A DNA stretch of 64,000 nt from Deltaproteobacteria bacterium CG11_big_fil_rev_8_21_14_0_20_47_16 (GTDB taxonomy: Bacteria > UBA10199 > GCA-002796325 > 1-14-0-20-47-16), in assembly GCA_002796325.1 (NCBI GenBank), contig PCXA01000010.1:12181-76180 (forward strand), given 5' to 3'. Within the stretch, counting starts at the first letter, position 1. Each line of letters begins with the position of its first letter. The translations under genes and the position numbers were made by a program. Below the pieces are notes generated by a model. It did no database searches. It was given only the letters and a program-made list of their open reading frames with translations, and was not told where the DNA came from. This document shows positions 1-8,456 of this stretch, one piece after another.

Positions 1-1
1 T

Positions 2-271
2 GGCGGACGCAGCAAGCTGTATCGCACGGCTCAAGAAGCTGTCGATAAGGCGTTGGTCTATGCCTATGGCGACCGTAAGGATAAGAAGCGTAACTTCCGT
101 ACATTGTGGCAGGTTCGTATTTCAGCAGCCGCCAAAGAAAACGGTACTTCATATAGCAAATTTATTGCAGGTCTCAAAAAGGCCTCAATTGGTTTGGATC
201 GTAAGGTATTGGCGAATATTGCTGCCAAGTACCCACAGGATTTTGCAAAGATCGTTCAACTGGTTAAATAA
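2..271 (+). CDS. rplT: 50S ribosomal protein L20, 5'-truncated by window edge
   Basis: The frame is open from base 2 to the TAA at 269-271. YAYGDRKDKKRNFRTLWQVRISAAAKENG is the conserved L20 core, and pheST follows directly as in infC-rpmI-rplT-pheST clusters. Confidence 0.9.
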   Translation, partial: GGRSKLYRTAQEAVDKALVYAYGDRKDKKRNFRTLWQVRISAAAKENGTSYSKFIAGLKKASIGLDRKVLANIAAKYPQDFAKIVQLVK

Positions 272-292
272 CGCGAGGTCTTTTGACACGCC

Positions 293-1339
293 ATGAATGG
301 AACACAGTTGCTCAATAACATTGCTGAAATCCGCAAGGTTGCAGAAGCTGAAATTGCGGCTATCAATACGCTGGATGAGGCGTCTGCTTGCAAGGTCAAG
401 TACCTTGGCAAGAAGGGGCTCGTTACATCTGTACTTCAACAGATGCGCGATGTCGGGGCAGAGGAGCGTCCAAAAATTGGACAGGAAGTGAATCGGCTCA
501 AGTCACATCTCGAAGACGTATTGCAAAATCTGCAAGAAAAGCTAAATACGCAACGCTTAGAAATGGCAGTTGCATCTGCGGATGTCGACGTAACATTGCC
601 TGGTCGTCCACGGCCTCAGGGTGCGTTGCATCCCATTACGCGGATTCAAGAAGAAGCGCTGCATATTCTACGTGGCATGGGTTTCTCTGTCGCTGAAGGT
701 CCTGAGTGCGAAACTGATTACTATAATTTCACAGCGCTCAATTTTCTACCCGACCATCCAGCACGCGATATGCAAGATACGTTCTACGTTGGTGAGTCAC
801 ATTTGTTACGCACCCACACATCGCCCGTGCAAATTCGAGTCATGGAAAAGCAGAAGCCGCCGCTCGCAATTGTAGCACCTGGTGCTGTGTACAGGCGCGA
901 TGCAGATGTCACGCATTCGCCTATGTTCCATCAAATTGAGGGACTACTTGTTGATAAGGATGTGCGCATGACCGACTTGAAAGGCGTGCTCACTGATTTT
1001 TTACAAACCCTTTTTGGAAAACAGTTCTCAGTTCGTTTTCGTCCAAGCTTTTTCCCATTTACTGAACCATCAACAGAAGTGGACATCCAATGTGTGTTTT
1101 GTACAGGCAAAGGATGTCGCATTTGTAAGCAGACCGGATGGTTGGAGATTATGGGAGCGGGTATGGTAGACCCAGAGGTTTTCAAATCCGTTCGCTACGA
1201 CCCTAATGAATTCAGTGGCTTCGCATTTGGCATGGGACTGGAACGTATGGCCATGCTCAAATACCACATTAACGACATTCGACTTTTCTTTGAATCTGAC
1301 CTGCGATTCCTCAAGCAATTTATAGGGAGGGGCGCATGA
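293..1339 (+). CDS. pheS: phenylalanine--tRNA ligase alpha subunit
   Basis: 348 aa with class II aaRS motifs (FRPSFFPFTEPS, GFAFGMGLERMAMLKY). The ATG lies 21 nt after the rplT stop. Confidence 0.95.
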   Translation: MNGTQLLNNIAEIRKVAEAEIAAINTLDEASACKVKYLGKKGLVTSVLQQMRDVGAEERPKIGQEVNRLKSHLEDVLQNLQEKLNTQRLEMAVASADVDVTLPGRPRPQGALHPITRIQEEALHILRGMGFSVAEGPECETDYYNFTALNFLPDHPARDMQDTFYVGESHLLRTHTSPVQIRVMEKQKPPLAIVAPGAVYRRDADVTHSPMFHQIEGLLVDKDVRMTDLKGVLTDFLQTLFGKQFSVRFRPSFFPFTEPSTEVDIQCVFCTGKGCRICKQTGWLEIMGAGMVDPEVFKSVRYDPNEFSGFAFGMGLERMAMLKYHINDIRLFFESDLRFLKQFIGRGA

Positions 1340-3381
1340 AGACAAGTTACCTTTGGCTGAAAGAACTTGCACCCATCAAAGATTCAGCACAGCAACTTGC
1401 CAATCGCATGACAATGGCAGGCGTTGAAATTGAATCCATTGAACGTGCCGGTAAAGATTTCATTTTGGATGTTGCAGTGCCACCCAACCGCGGGGATCTG
1501 TTGGGTCATGAAGGAATTGCCCATGAAGCAGCGGCAATACTCAAATTTGCACTTCCACGGAAAAAAATTGCGGCACCTAAAGGTACTGGAAAAATTCGCT
1601 CCAAATTGACTGTTACAGTCAAAGATCGTGTACGGGCGCCGCGCTACATGGCTCGTATGATCCATGGCATCAAGGTTGGCCCATCACCTGCATGGCTTGT
1701 TGACCGTCTCGAAAAATTAGGGATGCGCAGTATCAACAACATTGTTGATGTGACCAACTATGTCATGTTGGAACTAGGTCAGCCCATGCATGCGTTTGAC
1801 TATGACAAACTACGTGAGCACAGCTTGACCATTCAAACGCCACCCGCACCCATGCGCATGACCACGCTGGATGGCGAAGAACACTCCCTTACGACCGAAG
1901 ATGTCTGTATTATGGATTCTGGTGGCCCCGTTGCAATTGGTGGTATTATCGGTGGTCTCAATTCCAGTGTCAGCGACACATCAACCGTTATTGTTTTAGA
2001 GAGTGCTTATTTCCAACCAAGCGCCATTCGCCGCTCAAGTCGGCGTTTGGGAATTTCGACTGAATCTTCCCGACGTTTTGAACGCTCAGTAGATCCCGAT
2101 ACAGTCGATCGCGCCTTACATCGTGCCACACAATTGATTGTTCAGTTGGCAGGGGGCACCCCCAGCGCGGATTGGATCGACTTCTATCCACGCAAAGTCA
2201 TTCCTGCACGCATTACATTTGCCGCGGAGATGGTATCAAAAACGCTGGGCATCGATATCAAGTCACCTCAAATCGTTAAATACCTGACCAGCGTGGGTTG
2301 CCAAGTACGCCCAAAAGGAGCTGGGAAGTGGCAAGTCGTTATGCCCGCATCACGCCCTGACCTAACACGTGCTATCGATTTAATTGAAGAAATTGTACGC
2401 CTGCATGGCTACGATGAAATACCAGCAACATCACCCCGACTGCCTGCCACACCTGCAACGGAATCTCCGATGCGCACTCTTTGCAAGCGCGTGCGTGAAC
2501 TCATGACGGGTGCAGGACTTTCTGAGACCATTCACTATGGCTTTGAGCCGGCTAACGACATGGCATGGGCAAAGAGAGAACAGGCAATTGAAATCACCAA
2601 CCCGCTGGGTACAGAGCCCACCGTATTACGCGGAGAGTTGGCCCCAGGCTGTGTCAGCGCTATTGCATTCAATCTACGCCATCGTACAATGCAGGGTGGA
2701 CTATTTGAATTAAGACGCGTTTTTGAATCCACAGGTTCTGGGATTAACGACCCCATGCATCTTTGCGTAGCTCTTTTTGGTACACGCGCGGGACTTCATT
2801 GGACAGGGGGCAAAGAGCCGCTCGATTTTTTTGATATCAAAGGGGTTATTGAGCATCTTTCTCATGGACTCGCACTGCCAACATTAAAATATAACCATGG
2901 TGCAGTACCACGCTATATCCATCCTCGCGAATCAGCAGTGCTAACGCTAGGCAACCAAACGATTGGCTGGGTGGGTGCGCTACATCCTGAAATTGCACAA
3001 CAACTGGAAATCACAGTCCATTGTTATTTGGCAGAATTGAATATTGAAGCGCTCTTAAAGACTATTTCATCATCTCTAATAAAAGTGGCTCCTATTCCAC
3101 GATTCCCAGGTGTTCGCCGTGATGTGGCAATTCTTGTTGATCTGGCGCGTAGTGCAGAAGAACTCGAGGCCATTATTCGTAAGGCCGGTGGTAAACTGTT
3201 AAGTAATGTGACGTTGTTCGATTACTATCAGGGCAAAAACATACCAGCTGATAAAAAGAGTTTGGCATATGCGCTGCAGTATCAGAATTTTGATGAGACA
3301 CTAACAGATGAGGCGGTTACAAAGCTTCACGAGTCTGTTGTTAAAGCCCTCACCCAACAAGTGGGTGCGGTAATTAGATAA
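1336..3381 (+). CDS. pheT: phenylalanine--tRNA ligase beta subunit (short form, 681 aa)
   Basis: ATGA overlap with the pheS stop. It has a B1-type N-terminus (MKTSYLWLKELAP), B3/B4 and B5 regions, and a C-terminal FDYYQGKNIPADKKSLAYAL anticodon-binding-like domain. Confidence 0.93.
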   Translation: MKTSYLWLKELAPIKDSAQQLANRMTMAGVEIESIERAGKDFILDVAVPPNRGDLLGHEGIAHEAAAILKFALPRKKIAAPKGTGKIRSKLTVTVKDRVRAPRYMARMIHGIKVGPSPAWLVDRLEKLGMRSINNIVDVTNYVMLELGQPMHAFDYDKLREHSLTIQTPPAPMRMTTLDGEEHSLTTEDVCIMDSGGPVAIGGIIGGLNSSVSDTSTVIVLESAYFQPSAIRRSSRRLGISTESSRRFERSVDPDTVDRALHRATQLIVQLAGGTPSADWIDFYPRKVIPARITFAAEMVSKTLGIDIKSPQIVKYLTSVGCQVRPKGAGKWQVVMPASRPDLTRAIDLIEEIVRLHGYDEIPATSPRLPATPATESPMRTLCKRVRELMTGAGLSETIHYGFEPANDMAWAKREQAIEITNPLGTEPTVLRGELAPGCVSAIAFNLRHRTMQGGLFELRRVFESTGSGINDPMHLCVALFGTRAGLHWTGGKEPLDFFDIKGVIEHLSHGLALPTLKYNHGAVPRYIHPRESAVLTLGNQTIGWVGALHPEIAQQLEITVHCYLAELNIEALLKTISSSLIKVAPIPRFPGVRRDVAILVDLARSAEELEAIIRKAGGKLLSNVTLFDYYQGKNIPADKKSLAYALQYQNFDETLTDEAVTKLHESVVKALTQQVGAVIR

Positions 3382-3398
3382 CAACCAAGGAGGTAATT

Positions 3399-3680
3399 AT
3401 GACCAAGGCTGAGATCATCGAACAGATTTATGAAAAAGTTGGATTTTCAAAAAAGGAGTCAGCAGAAATTGTTGAACTTGTTTTTGATTTAATGAAAGAA
3501 ACCTTGGAAAAAGGTGATAAAATCAAGATCAGCGGATTTGGCAACTTTGTGGTACGCCAAAAGCGCCCACGTATTGGCCGCAATCCTCAAACAGGGGAAT
3601 CGATTGAAATTTCGTCGCGCCGGGTATTGACGTTTAGACCCAGCCAGGTTTTGAAGGCAGCGCTCAACACCGGAAAATAA
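3399..3680 (+). CDS. ihfA: integration host factor subunit alpha (HU/IHF family)
   Basis: 93 aa. GFGNFVVRQKRPRIGRNPQTGESIEISSRRVLTFRPSQVLK matches the IHF-alpha arm and C-terminus. An AAGGAGG SD precedes it, and it sits after pheT as in E. coli. Confidence 0.88.
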   Translation: MTKAEIIEQIYEKVGFSKKESAEIVELVFDLMKETLEKGDKIKISGFGNFVVRQKRPRIGRNPQTGESIEISSRRVLTFRPSQVLKAALNTGK

Positions 3681-3698
3681 TTCAAGGAGGCGACAACT

Positions 3699-4202
3699 AT
3701 GGAACGCTCATTTGATATCCCCAATAAGCTCTATTTTCGTATCGGCGAGGTTAGCGATATCGTTGGTGTAAAACCTTATGTCTTACGCTATTGGGAAACA
3801 GAATTTCCTGACATTCGACCATCCAAATCCAAATCAGGACAAAGACTTTATAAGAGACGTGATGTTGAAATGCTGCTCATGGTAAAAGAATTGTTATATG
3901 ATAAGCGATTTACAATTGATGGTGCTAAGCAACGTTTGCGCGAATCACCCCGTGATACCCATGTCATTCCAGGTCGCGAAGCAAGCGGGGGGCAACCACA
4001 GCAAATGTTGCACCGCCCACCAGCACAAGATGATCAAGCCGAAGACTTTATTAGGTCATCGCGACGTCAGAATGAGCAGTTGAGTATTCCAATGACCTCG
4101 CAAACTACGGTACACGTTGCCCCAACGACTACTGAAACCAAAAAAGTCCTACAAAAACTTCGCGTGGACTTAGAGATTATGTTAAGGGAATTGCAAAATT
4201 AA
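3699..4202 (+). CDS. MerR family transcriptional regulator
   Basis: 167 aa with an N-terminal MerR HTH (YFRIGEVSDIVGVKPYVLRYWETEF...LYKRRDVEML) and a low-complexity C-terminal half. An AAGGAGG SD precedes it. Confidence 0.85.
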   Translation: MERSFDIPNKLYFRIGEVSDIVGVKPYVLRYWETEFPDIRPSKSKSGQRLYKRRDVEMLLMVKELLYDKRFTIDGAKQRLRESPRDTHVIPGREASGGQPQQMLHRPPAQDDQAEDFIRSSRRQNEQLSIPMTSQTTVHVAPTTTETKKVLQKLRVDLEIMLRELQN

Positions 4203-4234
4203 GCCGCGCTTTTAAAAATTAATACCAGATAGAA

Positions 4235-4308
4235 CGGAACGTGGCGCAGCCTGGTAGCGCACTTGCATGGGGTGCAAGGGGTCCCGGGTTCGAATCCCGG
4301 CGTTCCGA
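4235..4308 (+). tRNA. tRNA-Pro (anticodon GGG)
   Basis: Hand-folded cloverleaf: acceptor CGGAACG/CGTTCCG, D stem GCGC/GCGC, anticodon stem CTTGC/GCAAG with loop ATGGGGT, T stem CCGGG/CCCGG with loop TTCGAAT. CCA is not encoded. Confidence 0.9.
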
Positions 4309-4347
4309 CAAGAATAATTAATCACGCCATGGGGGCAGATTCATCAC

Positions 4348-5142
4348 ATGAAGAAGCGTGCACCGCGTATCGAACTGACACAATCTATTGAATCCCGGCG
4401 ACCACTCATCCTAGTCACCAACGATGATGGTGTTTATGCCGATGGCATCAAAGCACTTGCCAAGCGTCTGCGCCAAATTGGCCGCGTGATTGTTGTAGCA
4501 CCCAGCCAAGAACGCAGTGCAACTTCTCACTCACTCACACTCCATCGTCCGCTGCGTATTATTAAAATTTCAAAAGACGTTTATGCAGTAGATGGCACCC
4601 CAACCGATTGCGTTAACTTGGGGGTGAATGAAATACTACCCCGCATGCCTGACCTTGTGGCCTCAGGTATCAATCGTGGCGGCAATTTGGGTGACGACGT
4701 CCATTATTCTGGAACCGTTTCGGCAGCTGTTGAAGGGGCCATCATGGGCATCCCCGCAATTGCATTTTCCTGCGTTGCGCGAGACAACTTCAAATACCAG
4801 GCTGCCGGAAATTTTGCGGTCCGCATTTGCAAGAAAGTGCTACGTCAAGGCTTGCCACCGGGTATTGTCCTCAATGTTAACATCCCCAACCTGCCACAAA
4901 ACAAAGTGCGTGGTTATGTATTTACCAAACAAGGTAAGCGGGATTATGGGGATATCATTGAAGAGAAGGTCGATCCCCGCGGCCGGAAGTACTATTGGAT
5001 TGGTGGTGATGATGTAGGTTTTGAAGACATTCCTGGTTCAGATTGTAACGCCATCCACAATGCCAAAATTTCGATTACTCCAATTCGTGTGAACTTGACA
5101 GATCATAACCTACTTACGCGCCTCAAAAATTGGAAATTGTAG
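4348..5142 (+). CDS. surE: 5'/3'-nucleotidase SurE
   Basis: 264 aa with the LILVTNDDGVYADGIKAL signature and GINRGGNLGDDVHYSGTVSAA. It starts a surE-pcm-nlpD arrangement. Confidence 0.93.
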   Translation: MKKRAPRIELTQSIESRRPLILVTNDDGVYADGIKALAKRLRQIGRVIVVAPSQERSATSHSLTLHRPLRIIKISKDVYAVDGTPTDCVNLGVNEILPRMPDLVASGINRGGNLGDDVHYSGTVSAAVEGAIMGIPAIAFSCVARDNFKYQAAGNFAVRICKKVLRQGLPPGIVLNVNIPNLPQNKVRGYVFTKQGKRDYGDIIEEKVDPRGRKYYWIGGDDVGFEDIPGSDCNAIHNAKISITPIRVNLTDHNLLTRLKNWKL

Positions 5143-5143
5143 C

Positions 5144-5845
5144 ATGGTAGTCCCTCGTCGTCCGTCTCCATTTCAGCGCTCTGGTCTGACGCCGCAGCAG
5201 CAAGATTATCAAATTTCCCGAAAACGTATGATTGCCGAGCAGTTAATTCCCGCAGGTGTTACAGATCCCAGGGTTTTGACGGCCATGGCCAAAATCCCAC
5301 GCCATTTATTTGTCCCCGAAGGCATGATGAGCCAAGCCTATAGTGATCACCCATTGCATATTGGTGAGGGGCAAACGATTTCACAACCTGCGATTGTTGG
5401 GCTCATGACGCAAGCGCTTGAACTCAAAGGGCACGAGAAGGTTTTGGATGTGGGCACAGGGTCTGGTTATCAGTTGGCTGTGCTCTGCGAATTGGCCAAA
5501 GAAGTCTTTTCAATTGAACGCATTTCAAAGCTTTCCAATCGGGCACGCAGAATTTTGTATGACATCGCCTATGTTAATTTTAAATTACGTATTGGTGATG
5601 GCAGCATGGGCTGGCCCGAGGAGGCGCCCTTTGATGCCATTCTCGTTGCTGCTGGCAGCCCTGAAATTCCATCCGTCTATTTATCACAGCTCAAAGAAGG
5701 TGGACGACTGGTCATTCCAGTAGGTGGCAGCGAGAGTCAGGACTTGGTATTGGCAATACGACGTGGTAATACATTTGAAAGTAAAGTCATATTGCCGTGT
5801 CGCTTTGTCAAACTGATTGGCAAACAGGGGTGGAGAGAGACGTGA
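5144..5845 (+). CDS. pcm: protein-L-isoaspartate O-methyltransferase
   Basis: 233 aa with GEGQTISQPAIVGLMTQAL and the SAM motif VLDVGTGSGYQ. It starts 1 nt after the surE stop. Confidence 0.93.
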   Translation: MVVPRRPSPFQRSGLTPQQQDYQISRKRMIAEQLIPAGVTDPRVLTAMAKIPRHLFVPEGMMSQAYSDHPLHIGEGQTISQPAIVGLMTQALELKGHEKVLDVGTGSGYQLAVLCELAKEVFSIERISKLSNRARRILYDIAYVNFKLRIGDGSMGWPEEAPFDAILVAAGSPEIPSVYLSQLKEGGRLVIPVGGSESQDLVLAIRRGNTFESKVILPCRFVKLIGKQGWRET

Positions 5846-6618
5846 TACACTTGCGGGTTTTAGTCCCGCTCATCATGCTGATGCTAGTGGCGTGTACTGG
5901 GCGGCAAATCCCCAAGTACAATGCCAAGGCTGGTAAAGGTGGTTACCACACCGTCAAGCCAGGCGAAACACTCTGGGAAATTGCCCGCAATAATCATATT
6001 ACTGCACAACAAATTGCCGAATGGAATAACATCCAAGACCCTGACAAAGTCAGTGCGGGCATGCGCATCTACATTCCGAAGGGACGTGGTGCAGGCAGTC
6101 GCAAACAAAAGAGATACGACGCACCACTTGCATTTGATCGTGAACGTTTCCAGTGGCCGGTGAAAGGCTATGTCATTTCTGGATTCGGCATGCGCGATGG
6201 TAGTCGTCATGACGGCGTTGACATTAAAGCATCTTCGGGTTCTCCAATTTATGCCGCTGGCGATGGCGATGTTGTCTACGTGGGTTCACTACGGGGATAC
6301 GGAAACCTTATCATTATTCGCCATGCCGATCGCTATTACACAACCTATGCCCACAACTCTAAAAATATTGTCAAACTTGGCGAACACGTCAAAGCAGGGG
6401 AGTTAATCGCACTTGTTGGCGCCACGGGACGCGCAACAGGACCCCATCTTCACTTTGAGGTACGCGTTGGTGCAACAGCACGTAATCCACTCTTCTTTAT
6501 GCCAACTGAAAATAATGCTACAGCATCAGCCAAAAAATCAAATAGTTCGCCGCGTGTGCGCAAGGGACATTACACTCCCAAGAAAAAAGTAGACAAACGT
6601 GGGCGACGCAGGCGATAG
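5842..6618 (+). CDS. nlpD: LysM + M23 peptidase lipoprotein (NlpD-like)
   Basis: I prefer the in-frame GTG at 5842, which overlaps the pcm stop. It gives a lipoprotein signal (IHLRVLVPLIMLMLVAC); the longer ORF starts at 5797. It has a LysM domain (YHTVKPGETLWEIAR...IYIP) and intact M23 motifs (HDGVD, GPHLHFEV). Confidence 0.85.
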   Translation: MIHLRVLVPLIMLMLVACTGRQIPKYNAKAGKGGYHTVKPGETLWEIARNNHITAQQIAEWNNIQDPDKVSAGMRIYIPKGRGAGSRKQKRYDAPLAFDRERFQWPVKGYVISGFGMRDGSRHDGVDIKASSGSPIYAAGDGDVVYVGSLRGYGNLIIIRHADRYYTTYAHNSKNIVKLGEHVKAGELIALVGATGRATGPHLHFEVRVGATARNPLFFMPTENNATASAKKSNSSPRVRKGHYTPKKKVDKRGRRRR

Positions 6619-6625
6619 AAACCTC

Positions 6626-7153
6626 ATGACCACTCTTGATACCCGCATCAAACAGTCCATTCGTGATATTCCAGATTTTCCGAAGCCTGGTATTATCTTT
6701 AAAGACATCACACCTGTTGTTGCAGATCCGCCACTCTTTCGTGATGTGATCGCTGCTTTTGCGGATCGTTACCAAGGAAAGGGTTTAACGACTATTATTG
6801 GTATTGAGTCACGTGGCTTTATTTTTGGTTCAGCGCTCGCGCACAAAATGGGATTACCATTTCACCTGGTGCGCAAGAAGGGCAAGTTGCCATATAAAAC
6901 CATTCAGACATCTTACGATCTGGAATATGGATCTGCCACAATCGAAATGCATGTTGATGCCATTACGCCAACGGATGTTGTATTGGTGGTGGATGATTTA
7001 CTTGCAACTGGTGGAACAGCGGCAGCAGCTTGTGAATTGGTCAGTCGGCAGGGCGGTCGTGTTCACGAATGTGCATTCATGGTCGAACTAGATTTCTTGA
7101 ACGGCCGTAAACTCCTCAAAGACACACCTGTCTTTTCACTGGTACATTACTAA
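6626..7153 (+). CDS. apt: adenine phosphoribosyltransferase
   Basis: The ATG at 6626 gives MTTLDTRIKQSIRDIPDFPKPGIIFKDITP. The PRPP-binding loop VVLVVDDLLATGGT is present. The ORF track start at 6599 is less likely. Confidence 0.92.
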   Translation: MTTLDTRIKQSIRDIPDFPKPGIIFKDITPVVADPPLFRDVIAAFADRYQGKGLTTIIGIESRGFIFGSALAHKMGLPFHLVRKKGKLPYKTIQTSYDLEYGSATIEMHVDAITPTDVVLVVDDLLATGGTAAAACELVSRQGGRVHECAFMVELDFLNGRKLLKDTPVFSLVHY

Positions 7154-7170
7154 TTTTTCACTGAAGATTG

Positions 7171-7242
7171 TGCCCCCGAGGTGAATTGAACACCTATCTC
7201 GGCCTTAGGAGTGCCTTGCTCTATCCGTTGAGCTACGGGGGC
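7171..7242 (-). tRNA. tRNA-Arg (anticodon CCU)
   Basis: The reverse complement is GCCCCCGTAGCTCAACGGATAGAGCAAGGCACTCCTAAGGCCGAGATAGGTGTTCAATTCACCTCGGGGGCA. The 7-bp acceptor and 5-bp T stem are perfect, with T loop TTCAATT, D loop GG and U33. The anticodon stem has only 3 Watson-Crick pairs. Confidence 0.75.
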
Positions 7243-7319
7243 AAATACATGTCTGTTATATCCTGAACATTCAATCGTGACAAGAGCTTGATGGCACACC
7301 CATTGCAGATCAATGGCCC

Positions 7320-8456
7320 ATGGATGTACGTCTTCAATGGTTGGCCTTTCATCGCGTTTGCTGGACACAGCCCCAACGGGCATGGAATCTGCTGTTGCGC
7401 TGTGGATCCCTTGCTCATCTTTTATATGCGAGCCAGGCTGATTTGCCCTCACTCGTAGAGGGTGACTGGCAAATCATTGAACAGCTCCGTTCAAAATTGA
7501 ACTGGGCACACGCCACTCGTGATTTGGAATATATGACCACGCATCATATCCAAATGCTTTTGCGTGGGCATGAAGGCTATCCTATTTTACTTGAAGAGAT
7601 TAATGACCCGCCAATCCTGCTCTTTTGGAGAGGAAACGATCGTATTTCCTTAAACCACAGCACAGTGTCAGTCGTTGGAACCCGCAAACCAACGCCATAT
7701 GGACTTCAGATGACAGAGGAGATTGTATCTGTTTTAGCAGCGCGCGGCCATGTCATTGTTAGTGGATTGGCTTTTGGCATCGATGCCTGTGCCCATCATG
7801 CCGCCCTTGATGCGGGAGGCACAACCATCGCTATTTTGGCCTCTGGTGTGGACGACATCACGCCTCATCGCCATTACAAACTGGGACATTGGATTGTCAA
7901 TCAAGGTGCACTTTGTTCCGAAGTCCCTCTGGGAATGCCGGCCCATGCCAGTCACTTTCTATGGCGTAATCGTATTATTAGTGGCTTCAGCTACAGCACA
8001 CTGATTGTTGAATGTTGCCAGAAAAGTGGCACCATGGTTACGGCCACACATGCCGCTGATCAAGGTCGTGATGTTTTTGCGGTTCCGGGTCCGCTCAGCT
8101 CGGCAATGTCCGCAGGTCCTAATTACTTGTTAGAGCAGGGAGCGTATCGCTGCCTGTCCGCAGATGATATTTTGAATCCAAAAGCTGTGGAAATCCAAGA
8201 GGATAAAAAATATGGACACTCGAAAGCCCTTGATGATACCACCACGCGACTTTTAAAATTGATATCAACCGAACCGCGCAGTTCAAACCAGCTGGCGGAG
8301 GCGCTGCAAATCCCCATCACACAGATCTTACAGAGCGTTACAATGCTCGAGTGTGAAGGGTTGATTCAAGTCCTCCCCAACGGATTATTATTATGCCCAA
8401 CTCACTCGTCATCGTCGAATCACCAGCCAAAGCCGCCACCATCAAAAAATATTTAG
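7320..8456 (+). CDS. dprA: DNA-processing protein DprA (Smf)
   Basis: 378 aa with the Rossmann-like core VVGTRKPTPYG...SGLAFGIDACAHHAALDAGGTTIAILASGVD and a C-terminal winged-helix-like segment. The 3' end overlaps the topA start by 64 nt. Confidence 0.9.
   Translation: MDVRLQWLAFHRVCWTQPQRAWNLLLRCGSLAHLLYASQADLPSLVEGDWQIIEQLRSKLNWAHATRDLEYMTTHHIQMLLRGHEGYPILLEEINDPPILLFWRGNDRISLNHSTVSVVGTRKPTPYGLQMTEEIVSVLAARGHVIVSGLAFGIDACAHHAALDAGGTTIAILASGVDDITPHRHYKLGHWIVNQGALCSEVPLGMPAHASHFLWRNRIISGFSYSTLIVECCQKSGTMVTATHAADQGRDVFAVPGPLSSAMSAGPNYLLEQGAYRCLSADDILNPKAVEIQEDKKYGHSKALDDTTTRLLKLISTEPRSSNQLAEALQIPITQILQSVTMLECEGLIQVLPNGLLLCPTHSSSSNHQPKPPPSKNI

Noticed and set aside
4235-7242. tRNA-Pro and tRNA-Arg as integration sites for a genomic island
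   Set aside because: No integrase, no direct repeat of the tRNA 3' end that I could spot, and the genes between and around them (surE-pcm-nlpD-apt, dprA-topA) are core housekeeping.
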